From contig CALJNE010000009.1 of the NCBI GenBank assembly GCA_937982115.1, positions 24,582-88,581 of the forward strand: a DNA stretch of 64,000 bases, given 5' to 3'. Positions 9,605 to 18,790 of this stretch are shown piece by piece. The translations under genes and the position numbers were made by a program. Below the pieces are notes generated by a model. The model searched no databases, had not been told where the DNA came from, and saw only the letters and a program-made list of their open reading frames with translations. Origin of the DNA: an uncultured Bacteroidales bacterium (lineage in GTDB: Bacteria > Bacteroidota > Bacteroidia > Bacteroidales > ML635J-15). Each line of letters opens with the position of its first letter. The first letter of the stretch is position 1.

Positions 9605-10300
9605 ATGAAATTCAAGAAAGATATTATTAAAATTGCTGTTGACGGTTTTTCCTCTTGCGGGAAAAGTACACTTGCTAAAGACCTTGCCTCAGAATTAGGA
9701 TTTATTTACATAGATTCGGGGGCAATGTATAGAGCAGTTACACTTTATGCAATTCGTAAAGGTTTCTTTGTGGATCAAAATCTAAATTCTGTTGAACTAA
9801 TCAATTCTCTTAATCAGGTAAACATAGATTTTACTACTGACGAAAATTCAAATCTAATTACACTCTTAAACGAAGAAAATGTAGAAGCTGAGATACGTTC
9901 TCTTTCGGTTTCGTCCAAAGTAAGTATAATTAGCTCTGTTCCGGAAGTAAGAAAAAAAATGGTTGAACTCCAACGACAAATGTCCGCAAAGAAATCTGTA
10001 GTTATGGATGGAAGAGATATCGGGACAGTTGTTTTTCCAGATGCGGACATTAAATTTTTCGTTACTGCCGACATTGAAACACGAGCAAAAAGACGTTTTC
10101 TGGAGCTTTTAGAAAAAGGTCAAAATCCCGACTTCGAAGAAGTAAAGAAAAATATATTTGACAGAGACTTTCTTGATCAAAACAGGAGCGATAGCCCTTT
10201 AATTAAAGCTCCCGACGCAATTCTTATTGACAATACCAACCTGAACAGAACAGGACAACTAGAACTGGCCTTATCTTACATCAAAAAAACATTATGTTAA
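9605..10300 (+). CDS. cmk: Cytidylate kinase
   Basis: P-loop IAVDGFSSCGKSTLAKDLA and the DSGAMYRA motif. ATG 9605 preferred over the TTG at 9596. Confidence 0.85.
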   Translation: MKFKKDIIKIAVDGFSSCGKSTLAKDLASELGFIYIDSGAMYRAVTLYAIRKGFFVDQNLNSVELINSLNQVNIDFTTDENSNLITLLNEENVEAEIRSLSVSSKVSIISSVPEVRKKMVELQRQMSAKKSVVMDGRDIGTVVFPDADIKFFVTADIETRAKRRFLELLEKGQNPDFEEVKKNIFDRDFLDQNRSDSPLIKAPDAILIDNTNLNRTGQLELALSYIKKTLC

Positions 10301-11169
10301 TCGAGATTGATAAATATGCAGGCTTTTGTTTTGGAGTAACTCAGGCAATTCAAAAAGCCGAAACTTTAATTAAAAATAAAATTGATTTTTATTGTATAGG
10401 AGAAATTGTGCATAACAAAAAAGAAGCTCAGAGGTTAGAAAATCTCGGCATGAAAAAAATAGAAAAAGCTGATATCGAAGAAATTAAGAACTCTGCCATA
10501 CTTATCCGAGCTCACGGTGAACCTCCCGAAACATATTTGCAAGCAACTAAAAATAACAATAAAATTTACGATGCCACCTGTCCTGTTGTTCTAAAATTAC
10601 AGCAAAAAATTAAAAATGTTTACAATCAGAACCCTGAAGCAACCATTATCATTTTTGGCAAAGCCGGACATCCCGAAGTCAACGGGTTAATGGGACAAAC
10701 CGACAATAAAGCAATCGTTGTAGGCAATTCCAAAGAAATTGATGATATCAACTTTTCAAATAATGTTATCCTTTTTTCGCAAACCACATCTGATTACTTT
10801 GAATATCAAAATTTAATAACATTAGTAGAGAATAAATTAAAAGAAACCTACGGAAAAGACTACATCCTTCAAGTTAATCAAACAATTTGTCCATCAGTTA
10901 AAAACAGAATTCCGGGCTTAAAAGATTTTTGTTCAAAATATGATATAATCATTTTTGTTTCAGATTATAGTTCTTCAAATGGAAAAAGTTTATTTGAAAT
11001 TTGTAAATCAGAAAAGCCGGGCAAAACATATTTTATTACCTCCACTAAAGATATCCAGAAAGAGTGGTTCATGAATATAAAATCAATTGGAATAACAGGA
11101 GCAACCTCAACTCCTTTATGGTTAATGGAAGATGTAAAAAACACAATCGAAAAAATAGTTAATAATTAA
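10294..11169 (+). CDS. ispH: 4-hydroxy-3-methylbut-2-enyl diphosphate reductase (LytB/IspH)
   Basis: 291 aa. Three conserved Cys contexts (FCFGV, ATCPVV, TICPSV). The start overlaps the cmk stop by 7 nt. Confidence 0.85.
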   Translation: MLIEIDKYAGFCFGVTQAIQKAETLIKNKIDFYCIGEIVHNKKEAQRLENLGMKKIEKADIEEIKNSAILIRAHGEPPETYLQATKNNNKIYDATCPVVLKLQQKIKNVYNQNPEATIIIFGKAGHPEVNGLMGQTDNKAIVVGNSKEIDDINFSNNVILFSQTTSDYFEYQNLITLVENKLKETYGKDYILQVNQTICPSVKNRIPGLKDFCSKYDIIIFVSDYSSSNGKSLFEICKSEKPGKTYFITSTKDIQKEWFMNIKSIGITGATSTPLWLMEDVKNTIEKIVNN

Positions 11170-11194
11170 TTAAAATGAAGGTTTTAATATTTAG

Positions 11195-11202
11195 TATATT
11201 TG
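11195..11202 (+). promoter_or_regulatory. -7 box TAnnTTTG upstream of pfkA
   Basis: tatatttg lies 16 nt before ATG 11218. Confidence 0.45.
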
Positions 11203-11217
11203 CAAAAAATTGTAAAA

Positions 11218-12198
11218 ATGGCAAAAATTAAGAAAATTGCAGTTTTAACTTCGGGAGGCGATGCTCCCGGTATGAATGCTGCTATAAGAGCAGTTGTTAG
11301 AAAAGCATTAAGTGAAAATCTGAAAGTATATGGAGTTTTAAGAGGATACGAAGGTCTGATAAAAGGGGATTTTATTCCCATGAACTCCAAAAGTGTTGGG
11401 AACATAATTCAATTGGGCGGAACAATTTTAAAGACAGCTAGATCCGAAAAATTCAGAAGTGTTGAGGGACGCCAACAAGCTTACAATAATTTAATAGAAA
11501 AAGAAATTGATGCTCTGGTGGTAATAGGTGGAGACGGGACTTTCAAAGGAGCCAGAATTTTTGCAGAAGAACACAATTTTCCCATTGTAGGACTTCCCGG
11601 AACAATTGATAATGACCTTTTCGGGACAGACATGACTATTGGTTTTGATACAGCCATAAATACCGCAGTCGAAGCTATTGATAAAATTAGGGATACTGCA
11701 GCCTCGCACGAAAGAATATTTTTTGTTGAAGTTATGGGCCGAGATGCAGGCTTTATTGCTCTAAGAGTTGGAATTGCCAGCGGAGCCGAAGCTGTTATTG
11801 TCCCCGAAGTTCCCACAGATCTTGAGCAGTTGCACAACAGACTTGTGGAATACATGCAACGCAAAAAAACATCAAGCATAATTATCGTCGCTGAAGGTGA
11901 TGATGCCGGAGGAGCTTTCGAAATTAAGAAAGCTATGGAAAAATACGGCGATGAATTTGATATGAAAGTTACCGTTCTCGGTCATATTCAAAGGGGCGGT
12001 TCTCCAACTGCCTACGACAGATACCTCGCAAGCCGTCTTGGAGTTGCTGCCATTGATGCCCTCCTCGACGACCAACGCAGTGTTATGGTTGGAATGATTA
12101 ATAGACAGATTGTATATGTACCTTTTAATCAAACAATTAAACACCATAAAACAATAGACCAAACTCTGCTCGATGTAGTTGATGTTCTTAATACTTAA
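11218..12198 (+). CDS. pfkA: ATP-dependent 6-phosphofructokinase
   Basis: Motifs VLTSGGDAPGMNAAIR, PGTIDND, VEVMGRDAG and GHIQRGG. Confidence 0.9.
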   Translation: MAKIKKIAVLTSGGDAPGMNAAIRAVVRKALSENLKVYGVLRGYEGLIKGDFIPMNSKSVGNIIQLGGTILKTARSEKFRSVEGRQQAYNNLIEKEIDALVVIGGDGTFKGARIFAEEHNFPIVGLPGTIDNDLFGTDMTIGFDTAINTAVEAIDKIRDTAASHERIFFVEVMGRDAGFIALRVGIASGAEAVIVPEVPTDLEQLHNRLVEYMQRKKTSSIIIVAEGDDAGGAFEIKKAMEKYGDEFDMKVTVLGHIQRGGSPTAYDRYLASRLGVAAIDALLDDQRSVMVGMINRQIVYVPFNQTIKHHKTIDQTLLDVVDVLNT

Positions 12199-12207
12199 TT
12201 TATTTTA

Positions 12208-14664
12208 ATGTTAAATTATCGTTTTGCCGAAATTTTATTACCTCTAAACGTTGATAATACATATACTTACGAACTTACCGAAACACAGGGATTTGTGGAT
12301 GTTGGTTTTCGTGTAATTGTGAGTTTCGGTAAAAATAAATTATACACCGGTATTGTAAATGAATTACACAATAATACTCCAAATTATCCCACAAAACCTA
12401 TAATCGAAATAGTTGATTCTGCTCCTATTGTAACAAAAAAACAATTGCAGCTGTTATTCTGGATACGAGATTATTATTGCTGTAATGCAGGTGAAGTATT
12501 AGCTGCCATGTTGCCCGGAGACCTTTTACCCGGCGACGAATCCATCATTTATTTTAATCAAGAAAATTCAGAAAATTTTGATTTAGCCTCACTTAACGAT
12601 ACTGAATTTTTAATAATTCAGGAACTCAAAAAGAATGAAAAAATCTCTGTTAATCATCTAAAATCCATTACAAAAATTAAAAATATCCTAAAAAACATAA
12701 ATAATTTACAAAAATACCAACTTTTAAGTGTAGGAAAAGAAATTACCGAAACTTATGCTCCTAAATTAAAAAAAATAGTGGTTTTCAATCCCGAAAGACT
12801 GTCTTTATTGGATTCAATAAAACTTAGAGGTCCTAAACAAAACGATTTAATAGCTTATCTTACAGAAATCTCTATAGCAAACAATAATCAAACCGTTGAA
12901 ATTCCGCAAGAAGAACTCGAAAAACAAACAAGAGTATCATTACAAACAATCAAAACATTAGTTGACAAGGGAATTATTGAAATAAAAACCATACAAATTT
13001 CAAGATCAATAGAAAATAAAGATTTTGATTTTTCAGGCAATTCAGAAATTGTTCTTTCGGAGCATCAAACAGAAGCATATAAGAATATTTTACAAAATTT
13101 TGCGGAAAATAAACCTGTTCTGCTGCATGGTGTAACATCAAGCGGAAAGACCGAAATTTATATTAAACTTATAGAAAAAATCATATCCGAAGAGAAACAA
13201 GTTTTATATCTGCTGCCCGAAATAGCTATTACAGGACAAATCATTTCAAGGCTGCAACAAATTTTCGGTAAAATTGTAGGAGTTTATCACAGCAGATTTA
13301 ATAAAAACTACAAAATTGATTTATACAATGACCTATTAAAAAATGATCTCAAAATTATTATAGGAGTTAGGTCTTCAATCTTTTTGCCTTTTTCTGATTT
13401 AGGATTAATAATTGTTGATGAAGAAAATGATCCATCGTACAAGCAGCAAGATCCCGATCCTCGTTATAATGCAAGAGATGTAGCATTGATACTGGCAAGA
13501 TTTCATTCATCAAAAGTAATTTTAGGCTCAGCAACACCTTCGCTTGAATCTTATTACAATACTATCAAGGGAAAATACAAACTCGTTGAACTAACCAGAA
13601 GATATAATGAAGTACTTTTGCCCGAAATACATATTGCCGACATTAAAGATGCTTACCGCAGAAAAATAATGAAAGGGCATTTTCATCCATTGCTTTTTGA
13701 TAAAATAATATCCAATCTTAATGCCGGGAATCAAATAATTTTATTTCAGAACCGTAGAGGATTTTCACCATACATAGAATGTGCAGACTGCGGTCATATT
13801 CCAACTTGTAAATCTTGCAACGTAAGTCTCACTTTTCATAAAAACAATAATTCATTGCTTTGTCATTACTGCGGACAATCTTATAAATACTCCGATTCGT
13901 GTGAGAAGTGCGGCAGTACCAAACTTAAAACCAAAGGATTTGGCACAGAAAGAATAGAAGATGAAGTAAAACTTTTGTTTCCGCAGGCAAGAGTTGCCCG
14001 GCTCGATCACGACAATGCAAATTCAAAAACAAAATTTGAAACAATTTTAAACAACTTCAAAGAAGGGCTCATTGATATCCTGATAGGAACGCAGATGATT
14101 GGTAAAGGACTTGATTTTGAAAGAGTTAAGCTCGTCGGGATATTGAATGCCGACAACATGATAAATTTTCCTGATTTCAGAGCTTTCGAACGTTCGTGGC
14201 AATTGATGGCACAAGTTAGCGGAAGATCTGGACGCAGAACAGACAGAGGCGAAGTAGTTATTCAAACGTTTTCACCCAATCATAAAATCATTGATTGGGT
14301 GATTAATAACAGCTACAAAGAAATGTTTTATGACCAGATAAAAGAAAGAAATGCTTTCAAATATCCTCCTATATTTTCATTTATAACCGTAAAAGTAAAA
14401 CATAAAGATAAAACAAAGGCATATAGTGCTGCTGAGTTTTTTGCAAAAACCATTAAAGCTAATCCACATTTAATTGTCAACGGACCTTTTGAACCTGTGA
14501 TAAATAAAATTAGTAATTTCTTTATTTATAACGTATTAATAAAAATGCCCAGAACTATTAACAATAAAGAAATTAAGGATCTTATCCGTAAATTGATTAT
14601 TGAAACAAAAAAAGATAACAGGTTTGTTTCGGTAAATTTTGAAATTGATGTTGATCCATATTAG
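12208..14664 (+). CDS. priA: Primosomal replication restart protein N' (PriA helicase)
   Basis: 818 aa. Walker A HGVTSSGKTE, IIVDEEND box and a Cys-rich zinc region (CADCGHIPTCKSC...CHYCG...CEKCG). Confidence 0.9.
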   Translation: MLNYRFAEILLPLNVDNTYTYELTETQGFVDVGFRVIVSFGKNKLYTGIVNELHNNTPNYPTKPIIEIVDSAPIVTKKQLQLLFWIRDYYCCNAGEVLAAMLPGDLLPGDESIIYFNQENSENFDLASLNDTEFLIIQELKKNEKISVNHLKSITKIKNILKNINNLQKYQLLSVGKEITETYAPKLKKIVVFNPERLSLLDSIKLRGPKQNDLIAYLTEISIANNNQTVEIPQEELEKQTRVSLQTIKTLVDKGIIEIKTIQISRSIENKDFDFSGNSEIVLSEHQTEAYKNILQNFAENKPVLLHGVTSSGKTEIYIKLIEKIISEEKQVLYLLPEIAITGQIISRLQQIFGKIVGVYHSRFNKNYKIDLYNDLLKNDLKIIIGVRSSIFLPFSDLGLIIVDEENDPSYKQQDPDPRYNARDVALILARFHSSKVILGSATPSLESYYNTIKGKYKLVELTRRYNEVLLPEIHIADIKDAYRRKIMKGHFHPLLFDKIISNLNAGNQIILFQNRRGFSPYIECADCGHIPTCKSCNVSLTFHKNNNSLLCHYCGQSYKYSDSCEKCGSTKLKTKGFGTERIEDEVKLLFPQARVARLDHDNANSKTKFETILNNFKEGLIDILIGTQMIGKGLDFERVKLVGILNADNMINFPDFRAFERSWQLMAQVSGRSGRRTDRGEVVIQTFSPNHKIIDWVINNSYKEMFYDQIKERNAFKYPPIFSFITVKVKHKDKTKAYSAAEFFAKTIKANPHLIVNGPFEPVINKISNFFIYNVLIKMPRTINNKEIKDLIRKLIIETKKDNRFVSVNFEIDVDPY

Positions 14665-14703
14665 TAATTTATGAATTAATTTAGAATAATTTTGAAAAAT
14701 AAT

Positions 14704-14711
14704 TAATTTTG
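14704..14711 (+). promoter_or_regulatory. -7 box TAnnTTTG upstream of yebC-family gene
   Basis: taattttg lies 26 nt before ATG 14737. Confidence 0.4.
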
Positions 14712-14736
14712 CCGTTGAAACAAAAACTATAATATT

Positions 14737-15483
14737 ATGTCTGGACATAGTAAGTGGTCAACAATTAAGCGTAAAAAAGGGGCTTTGGATGCCAAAAGAT
14801 CAAAGATTTTTTCAAAGTTATCAAAAGAAATTACTATTGCAGTAAAAGAAGGAGGCGGTCCTGACCCTGATTACAATCCTCGTTTAAGATTAGCTATTCA
14901 AAATGCTCGTGGTGCCAATATGCCAAAAGATAATATAGAAAGAGCTATAAATAAAGGGAATCAAGACGGCAACAATTTTGTGCCTGTTACTTTCGAAGGA
15001 TATGGGGCACATGGCATAGCTATTTTTGTAGAATGCTTAACCGACAACAACAACAGAACCGTATCAAATATTAGAGCTGCCTTTAATAAATATAATGGTT
15101 CATTAGGAACAAACGGGTCCTTAAGCTTCTTATTCGAACGCAAAGGCGTTTTTGAGTTTGAAAAACCTGATTCAATGAATATGGAAGACCTCGAACTCGA
15201 ACTTATTGATGCCGGAGCCGAAGAAATTGAAGTCGAAGATAATATGGTTACTGTTTATTGTGCAATGGAAGACTTCGGAAATCTGAATAAAAAATTTGAA
15301 GAACTAAAAATCACTCCTTCAAATGCAGAACTTCAGAGAATTCCAAATGATACCAAAACTCTTGGCGTTGAAGAAGCCAAATCTGTACTTAAATTGATAG
15401 ATGCTCTGGAAGATGATGATGATGTTCAAAAAGTCTTCCATAATCTCGAAATGACAGACGAGCTTGCAAATGCTATGGAATAA
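14737..15483 (+). CDS. YebC/PmpR family DNA-binding transcriptional regulator
   Basis: N-terminus MSGHSKWSTIKRKKGALDAKRSKIFSKL is the family signature; 248 aa. Confidence 0.9.
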   Translation: MSGHSKWSTIKRKKGALDAKRSKIFSKLSKEITIAVKEGGGPDPDYNPRLRLAIQNARGANMPKDNIERAINKGNQDGNNFVPVTFEGYGAHGIAIFVECLTDNNNRTVSNIRAAFNKYNGSLGTNGSLSFLFERKGVFEFEKPDSMNMEDLELELIDAGAEEIEVEDNMVTVYCAMEDFGNLNKKFEELKITPSNAELQRIPNDTKTLGVEEAKSVLKLIDALEDDDDVQKVFHNLEMTDELANAME

Positions 15484-15507
15484 AAGATTTTTACAATTTT
15501 TTAAAAA

Positions 15508-15534
15508 AGAGCGAAGATTCTCGCTCTTTTTTTT
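15508..15534 (+). terminator. Rho-independent terminator
   Basis: Stem agagcga/tcgctct, loop agattc, then a T-run. Confidence 0.7.
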
Positions 15535-15609
15535 GAATTTTTTTTTAAAAAAATTTGGAAGAAATATTTTTTTTGTTTTTCTTTGCAGTCCCAAAAGTGA
15601 ATGGGAAAC

Positions 15610-15684
15610 GGTCCATTCGTCTAGCGGTTAGGACGCCAGATTTTCATTCTGGTAGCAGGGGTTCGATTCCCCTATGGACTGCCA
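15610..15684 (+). tRNA. tRNA-Glu (anticodon TTC), CCA encoded
   Basis: Hand-folded. Acceptor is ggtccat/atggact (G1:U72). D arm is gtct/agcggtta/ggac; anticodon arm is ccaga/ttTTCat/tctgg; T arm is agggg/ttcgatt/cccct; ends gcca. Confidence 0.85.
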
Positions 15685-15686
15685 AA

Positions 15687-15715
15687 AGCTATCTCAAGAA
15701 GAGATAGCTTTTTTG
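15687..15715. terminator. Bidirectional hairpin terminator between tRNA-Glu and the convergent membrane-protein gene
   Basis: Perfect 9-bp stem agctatctc/gagatagct, loop aagaa, with an A-run on the left and a T-run on the right. Confidence 0.75.
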
Positions 15716-15724
15716 TTTTTCAAA

Positions 15725-16558
15725 TTATTTCACTAAAACAAACTCAAGAATTGAAAATATTAGATATATTATTAGTAAAAAACTGATTGTAAATAACATA
15801 ATTACGTAAAATCCGGACAGCCATTCGCTCAAATAACTAACTCCATCTTGAACTGCTGTTGTTTGCCACATTGTAGTAATGTTTAATACAAATAAGGACA
15901 AAACAAATATTCCAAATCCTTTGCCTGCACTTCTAATATCAGGTAAACTTAAATTTATCGAACTTCCTATGGAAATAAATAAATAAAACAATAAAACTAC
16001 TCTCCAAACTTGGGATAGTTCAATGCTAATTAAAGACTGAAAAAAACTAATATAAGCATTATAGTAATTTCCTAAGTATATTTGTAATGAATACCAGCTA
16101 TAAAAGCGATCCGGAAAATCTATGGTTTTAAAATAGACAAAAACATCATATTCAAACAAAAAATATGAAATACTAAAAAGAGCCAGAGTTCCTAAAATTA
16201 TTGGACCAATTCCGATAAAAAGGTTTCCTATTTGTGCCCATAAACTGTTGGGTTTATATGTATGCCTTACATAACCTAAAGTTCCGGATTCATAATCAAT
16301 TTCAAATAATTTCATATTTATGATTTTATGGCTAAAAACCGGACAGAATATTGCATGTCCGAGTTCGTGGATTGCACTTCCCAAAGCAGCAAAACTATAT
16401 AAATAAAACTTAATTCCAAAAATTCTTATACCTGCTTTTTGAATTGCCTTTGAAAGATAATGTAAAATCAATCCGAGAATAATTAAAGGAAGAAAAAGAA
16501 CCAAAATTTGATTACCTGTTTGAAAAAATGTTATAAAAAAATAATCCAGAAAACCCAT
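15725..16558 (-). CDS. Polytopic membrane protein with HExxH zinc-metalloprotease motif (function unknown)
   Basis: 277 aa with about 7 hydrophobic segments. The motif AIHELGHAIFCP sits at a membrane-segment boundary, as in intramembrane metalloproteases. Confidence 0.5.
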   Translation of the reverse strand: MGFLDYFFITFFQTGNQILVLFLPLIILGLILHYLSKAIQKAGIRIFGIKFYLYSFAALGSAIHELGHAIFCPVFSHKIINMKLFEIDYESGTLGYVRHTYKPNSLWAQIGNLFIGIGPIILGTLALFSISYFLFEYDVFVYFKTIDFPDRFYSWYSLQIYLGNYYNAYISFFQSLISIELSQVWRVVLLFYLFISIGSSINLSLPDIRSAGKGFGIFVLSLFVLNITTMWQTTAVQDGVSYLSEWLSGFYVIMLFTISFLLIIYLIFSILEFVLVK

Positions 16559-16597
16559 TATAATTTTTTAGGTTAACTATTATTTTGATTGTTGTTG

Positions 16598-16669
16598 AGC
16601 GGGAAACGGGGCTCGAACCCGCGACCCTCAGCTTGGGAAGCTGATGCTCTACCACTGAGCTACTCCCGC
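16598..16669 (-). tRNA. tRNA-Gly (anticodon CCC)
   Basis: The reverse complement folds as gcgggag-ta-gctc/agtggta/gagc-a-tcagc/ttCCCaa/gctga-gggtc-gcggg/ttcgagc/cccgt-ttcccgc-t. Confidence 0.85.
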
Positions 16670-16677
16670 TTTTTTTA

Positions 16678-16685
16678 CAAATTTA
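16678..16685 (-). promoter_or_regulatory. -7 box TAnnTTTG for tRNA-Gly
   Basis: The minus strand reads taaatttg, 8 nt upstream of the tRNA 5' end. Confidence 0.45.
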
Positions 16686-16724
16686 TATAGTTTTTTTTTT
16701 CTATCAAAATCAAAACGAAAAAAT

Positions 16725-17417
16725 TCAATTAAAAATCAAATATTTTTCAATAAATACTTTCATTCCCTCAACAGCATTTGATTTAATATGTATAAAATTT
16801 TCTGGGGGTCCAAATTCCGCTCCGGGATCAATCAAAAAATTCCTACAATTTCTTGGAGTATAATGAATTAGGCTGGCGGCTGGATAAACCTTTAAACCTG
16901 TTCCTATAACTAAAAAAATGTTGGCAGTTTTAACAATTTCGATAGCCTTATCAATATAGGAAACAGGCTCTCCAAACCAAACTATATGCGGACGCAGCTG
17001 AGATCCCAGCGGACATTTATCTCCGATATTCAATTCATCAGTGTCCAAATCAATAATAATTTCAGGATTAGCGGTGCTGCGAGCTTTCATTATTTCGCCG
17101 TGCAAGTGTAAAATGTTCTTTGAGCCCGCCCTTTCGTGTAAATCATCAACATTTTGAGTTATAATCACAACATCAAAATCTTTTTCTAATTCTGCAAGAG
17201 CAATATGAGCATAGTTAGGATGAGCATTTCTTACTATTTTTCTCCTGTAATTATAAAATTCCAATACCATTTCAGGATCTCTTCTCCATGCTTCGGGACT
17301 TGCAACCTCTTCAAAACGATATTGCTTCCACAAACCGTTATTATCTCTGAAAGTCGGGATTCCGCTTTCTTTACTTATTCCTGCACCGGAAAGAACAACC
17401 AATTTTTTTCGAGTCAT
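16725..17417 (-). CDS. cobB: NAD-dependent protein deacylase, Sir2 family
   Basis: Motifs GAGISKESGIPTFR and QNVDDLHERAG; 230 aa. Confidence 0.85.
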   Translation of the reverse strand: MTRKKLVVLSGAGISKESGIPTFRDNNGLWKQYRFEEVASPEAWRRDPEMVLEFYNYRRKIVRNAHPNYAHIALAELEKDFDVVIITQNVDDLHERAGSKNILHLHGEIMKARSTANPEIIIDLDTDELNIGDKCPLGSQLRPHIVWFGEPVSYIDKAIEIVKTANIFLVIGTGLKVYPAASLIHYTPRNCRNFLIDPGAEFGPPENFIHIKSNAVEGMKVFIEKYLIFN

Positions 17418-17433
17418 TCCACTGATTGAATTG

Positions 17434-18561
17434 TTAAGAATTTACAAACTCCAAAACACTGTCGGTGATATACTTTAAAACTTCTTCATTTAACTCAGTA
17501 TTCATTGGAAGAGACAAAACTTGTTCGCAAAGCATATTAGTTACCGGAAAATCCGAAGGATTGTATTCGAATTGCTGAAAAGCTTTTTGTTTGTGCAAAG
17601 GTACAGGATAATATACTGCAGATGCAATTCCTTTGGATGTTAAATGATCCATTAACTTTTGTCTGTTAACATCAACCAAACGTAAAGTATATTGGTGAAA
17701 AGTATGAGTTGATTTTTCAAATCTCTTTGGAGTTATAATTTTTTCACATCCGGCAAATGCGTTATCATAATAATTTGCCGCATTCAACCGAGCTTGATTA
17801 TAGGAATCCAAATGTGGAAGTTTTATTCTTAATATAGCAGCTTGAATTGTATCAAGTCTGGAGTTTACACCAATAACATCGTGATAATATCTCACTTTCA
17901 TTCCATGATTAACTAAAATACTAATTTTTTGGGCTAATTCATCATCATTGGTAAAAATAGCACCACCATCCCCGTAACATCCGAGATTTTTAGATGGGAA
18001 AAATGATGTACAGCCAATATTTCCTATCGTTCCGGCTTTTTTTACCCATCCTTTTTCAGATTTAAAATCGCTGCCAATAGCTTGAGCAGTATCTTCTATT
18101 ACGAAAAGATTATACTTTTCGGCAATTGCCATAATTCTGTCCATATCGGAACATTGTCCAAAAAGGTGAACCGGCATTATAGCTTTAGTGCGCGGAGTTA
18201 TTGCTTTTTCAATTTTATCCGGATCAATCAGGAAAGTATCTGGGTCAACGTCAACCATTACAGGTTTTAGTCCAAGTAATGCAATTGTTTCAACTGTTGC
18301 AATAAAAGTAAAATCGGTCGAAATAATTTCGTCTCCCGGTTTTAAGTCCAGTGCCATAAGAGCGACCTGAAGAGCATCTGTTCCATTTCCACAAGGAATA
18401 ACATGTTTTACGTTAAGATATTCAGCAAGTTCGTTTTTAAAAAGCTTCACCTCATCGCCATTTATAAATTGAGTTTTATCTATAACATTAAGAATAGCAT
18501 TGTCAATTTGATCTTTAATTTTTAAATACTGATTTTTAAGATCTACCATCGGAATGTTCAT
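17434..18561 (-). CDS. DegT/DnrJ/EryC1/StrS family PLP-dependent sugar aminotransferase
   Basis: 375 aa. It has the typical N-terminus (PMVDLKNQY), a GDEII..FTF segment, and the FFPSKNLG context of the PLP lysine. Confidence 0.85.
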   Translation of the reverse strand: MNIPMVDLKNQYLKIKDQIDNAILNVIDKTQFINGDEVKLFKNELAEYLNVKHVIPCGNGTDALQVALMALDLKPGDEIISTDFTFIATVETIALLGLKPVMVDVDPDTFLIDPDKIEKAITPRTKAIMPVHLFGQCSDMDRIMAIAEKYNLFVIEDTAQAIGSDFKSEKGWVKKAGTIGNIGCTSFFPSKNLGCYGDGGAIFTNDDELAQKISILVNHGMKVRYYHDVIGVNSRLDTIQAAILRIKLPHLDSYNQARLNAANYYDNAFAGCEKIITPKRFEKSTHTFHQYTLRLVDVNRQKLMDHLTSKGIASAVYYPVPLHKQKAFQQFEYNPSDFPVTNMLCEQVLSLPMNTELNEEVLKYITDSVLEFVNS

Positions 18562-18744
18562 AATGCGAAAGTTTAAATTGTTTATAAAAATTTTACCGCT
18601 GCGAAATTAATTAAAAAATAGGAATGCAGTATAGGCTGACCTGAAAATATAAATAACTGATCTACAAAAAAATGAAGCTTTAAGTTCAATAAAAATATGT
18701 TTCTTAACATATTTGCTATCAATTTTTAGTCTGAATAAAAAATA

Positions 18745-18752
18745 TAATTTTG
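18745..18752 (+). promoter_or_regulatory. -7 box TAnnTTTG upstream of the 18791 gene
   Basis: taattttg lies 39 nt before the ATG. Confidence 0.35.
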
Positions 18753-18790
18753 TGCTTATTAAATAAAAGTCAAATAAAAAATAAACAGTT

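Noticed and set aside
15610-16669. tRNA-flanked segment as an integrated mobile element
   Set aside because: There is no integrase, no direct repeat of a tRNA 3' end, and only one gene of ordinary composition between the tRNAs.
18562-18790. Long 5' regions (18562-18790 and 33332-33526) as riboswitches or leaders
   Set aside because: They are AT-rich, with no conserved riboswitch cores that I can recognise. purD in particular shows no purine-riboswitch-like junction. They are most simply divergent promoter regions.
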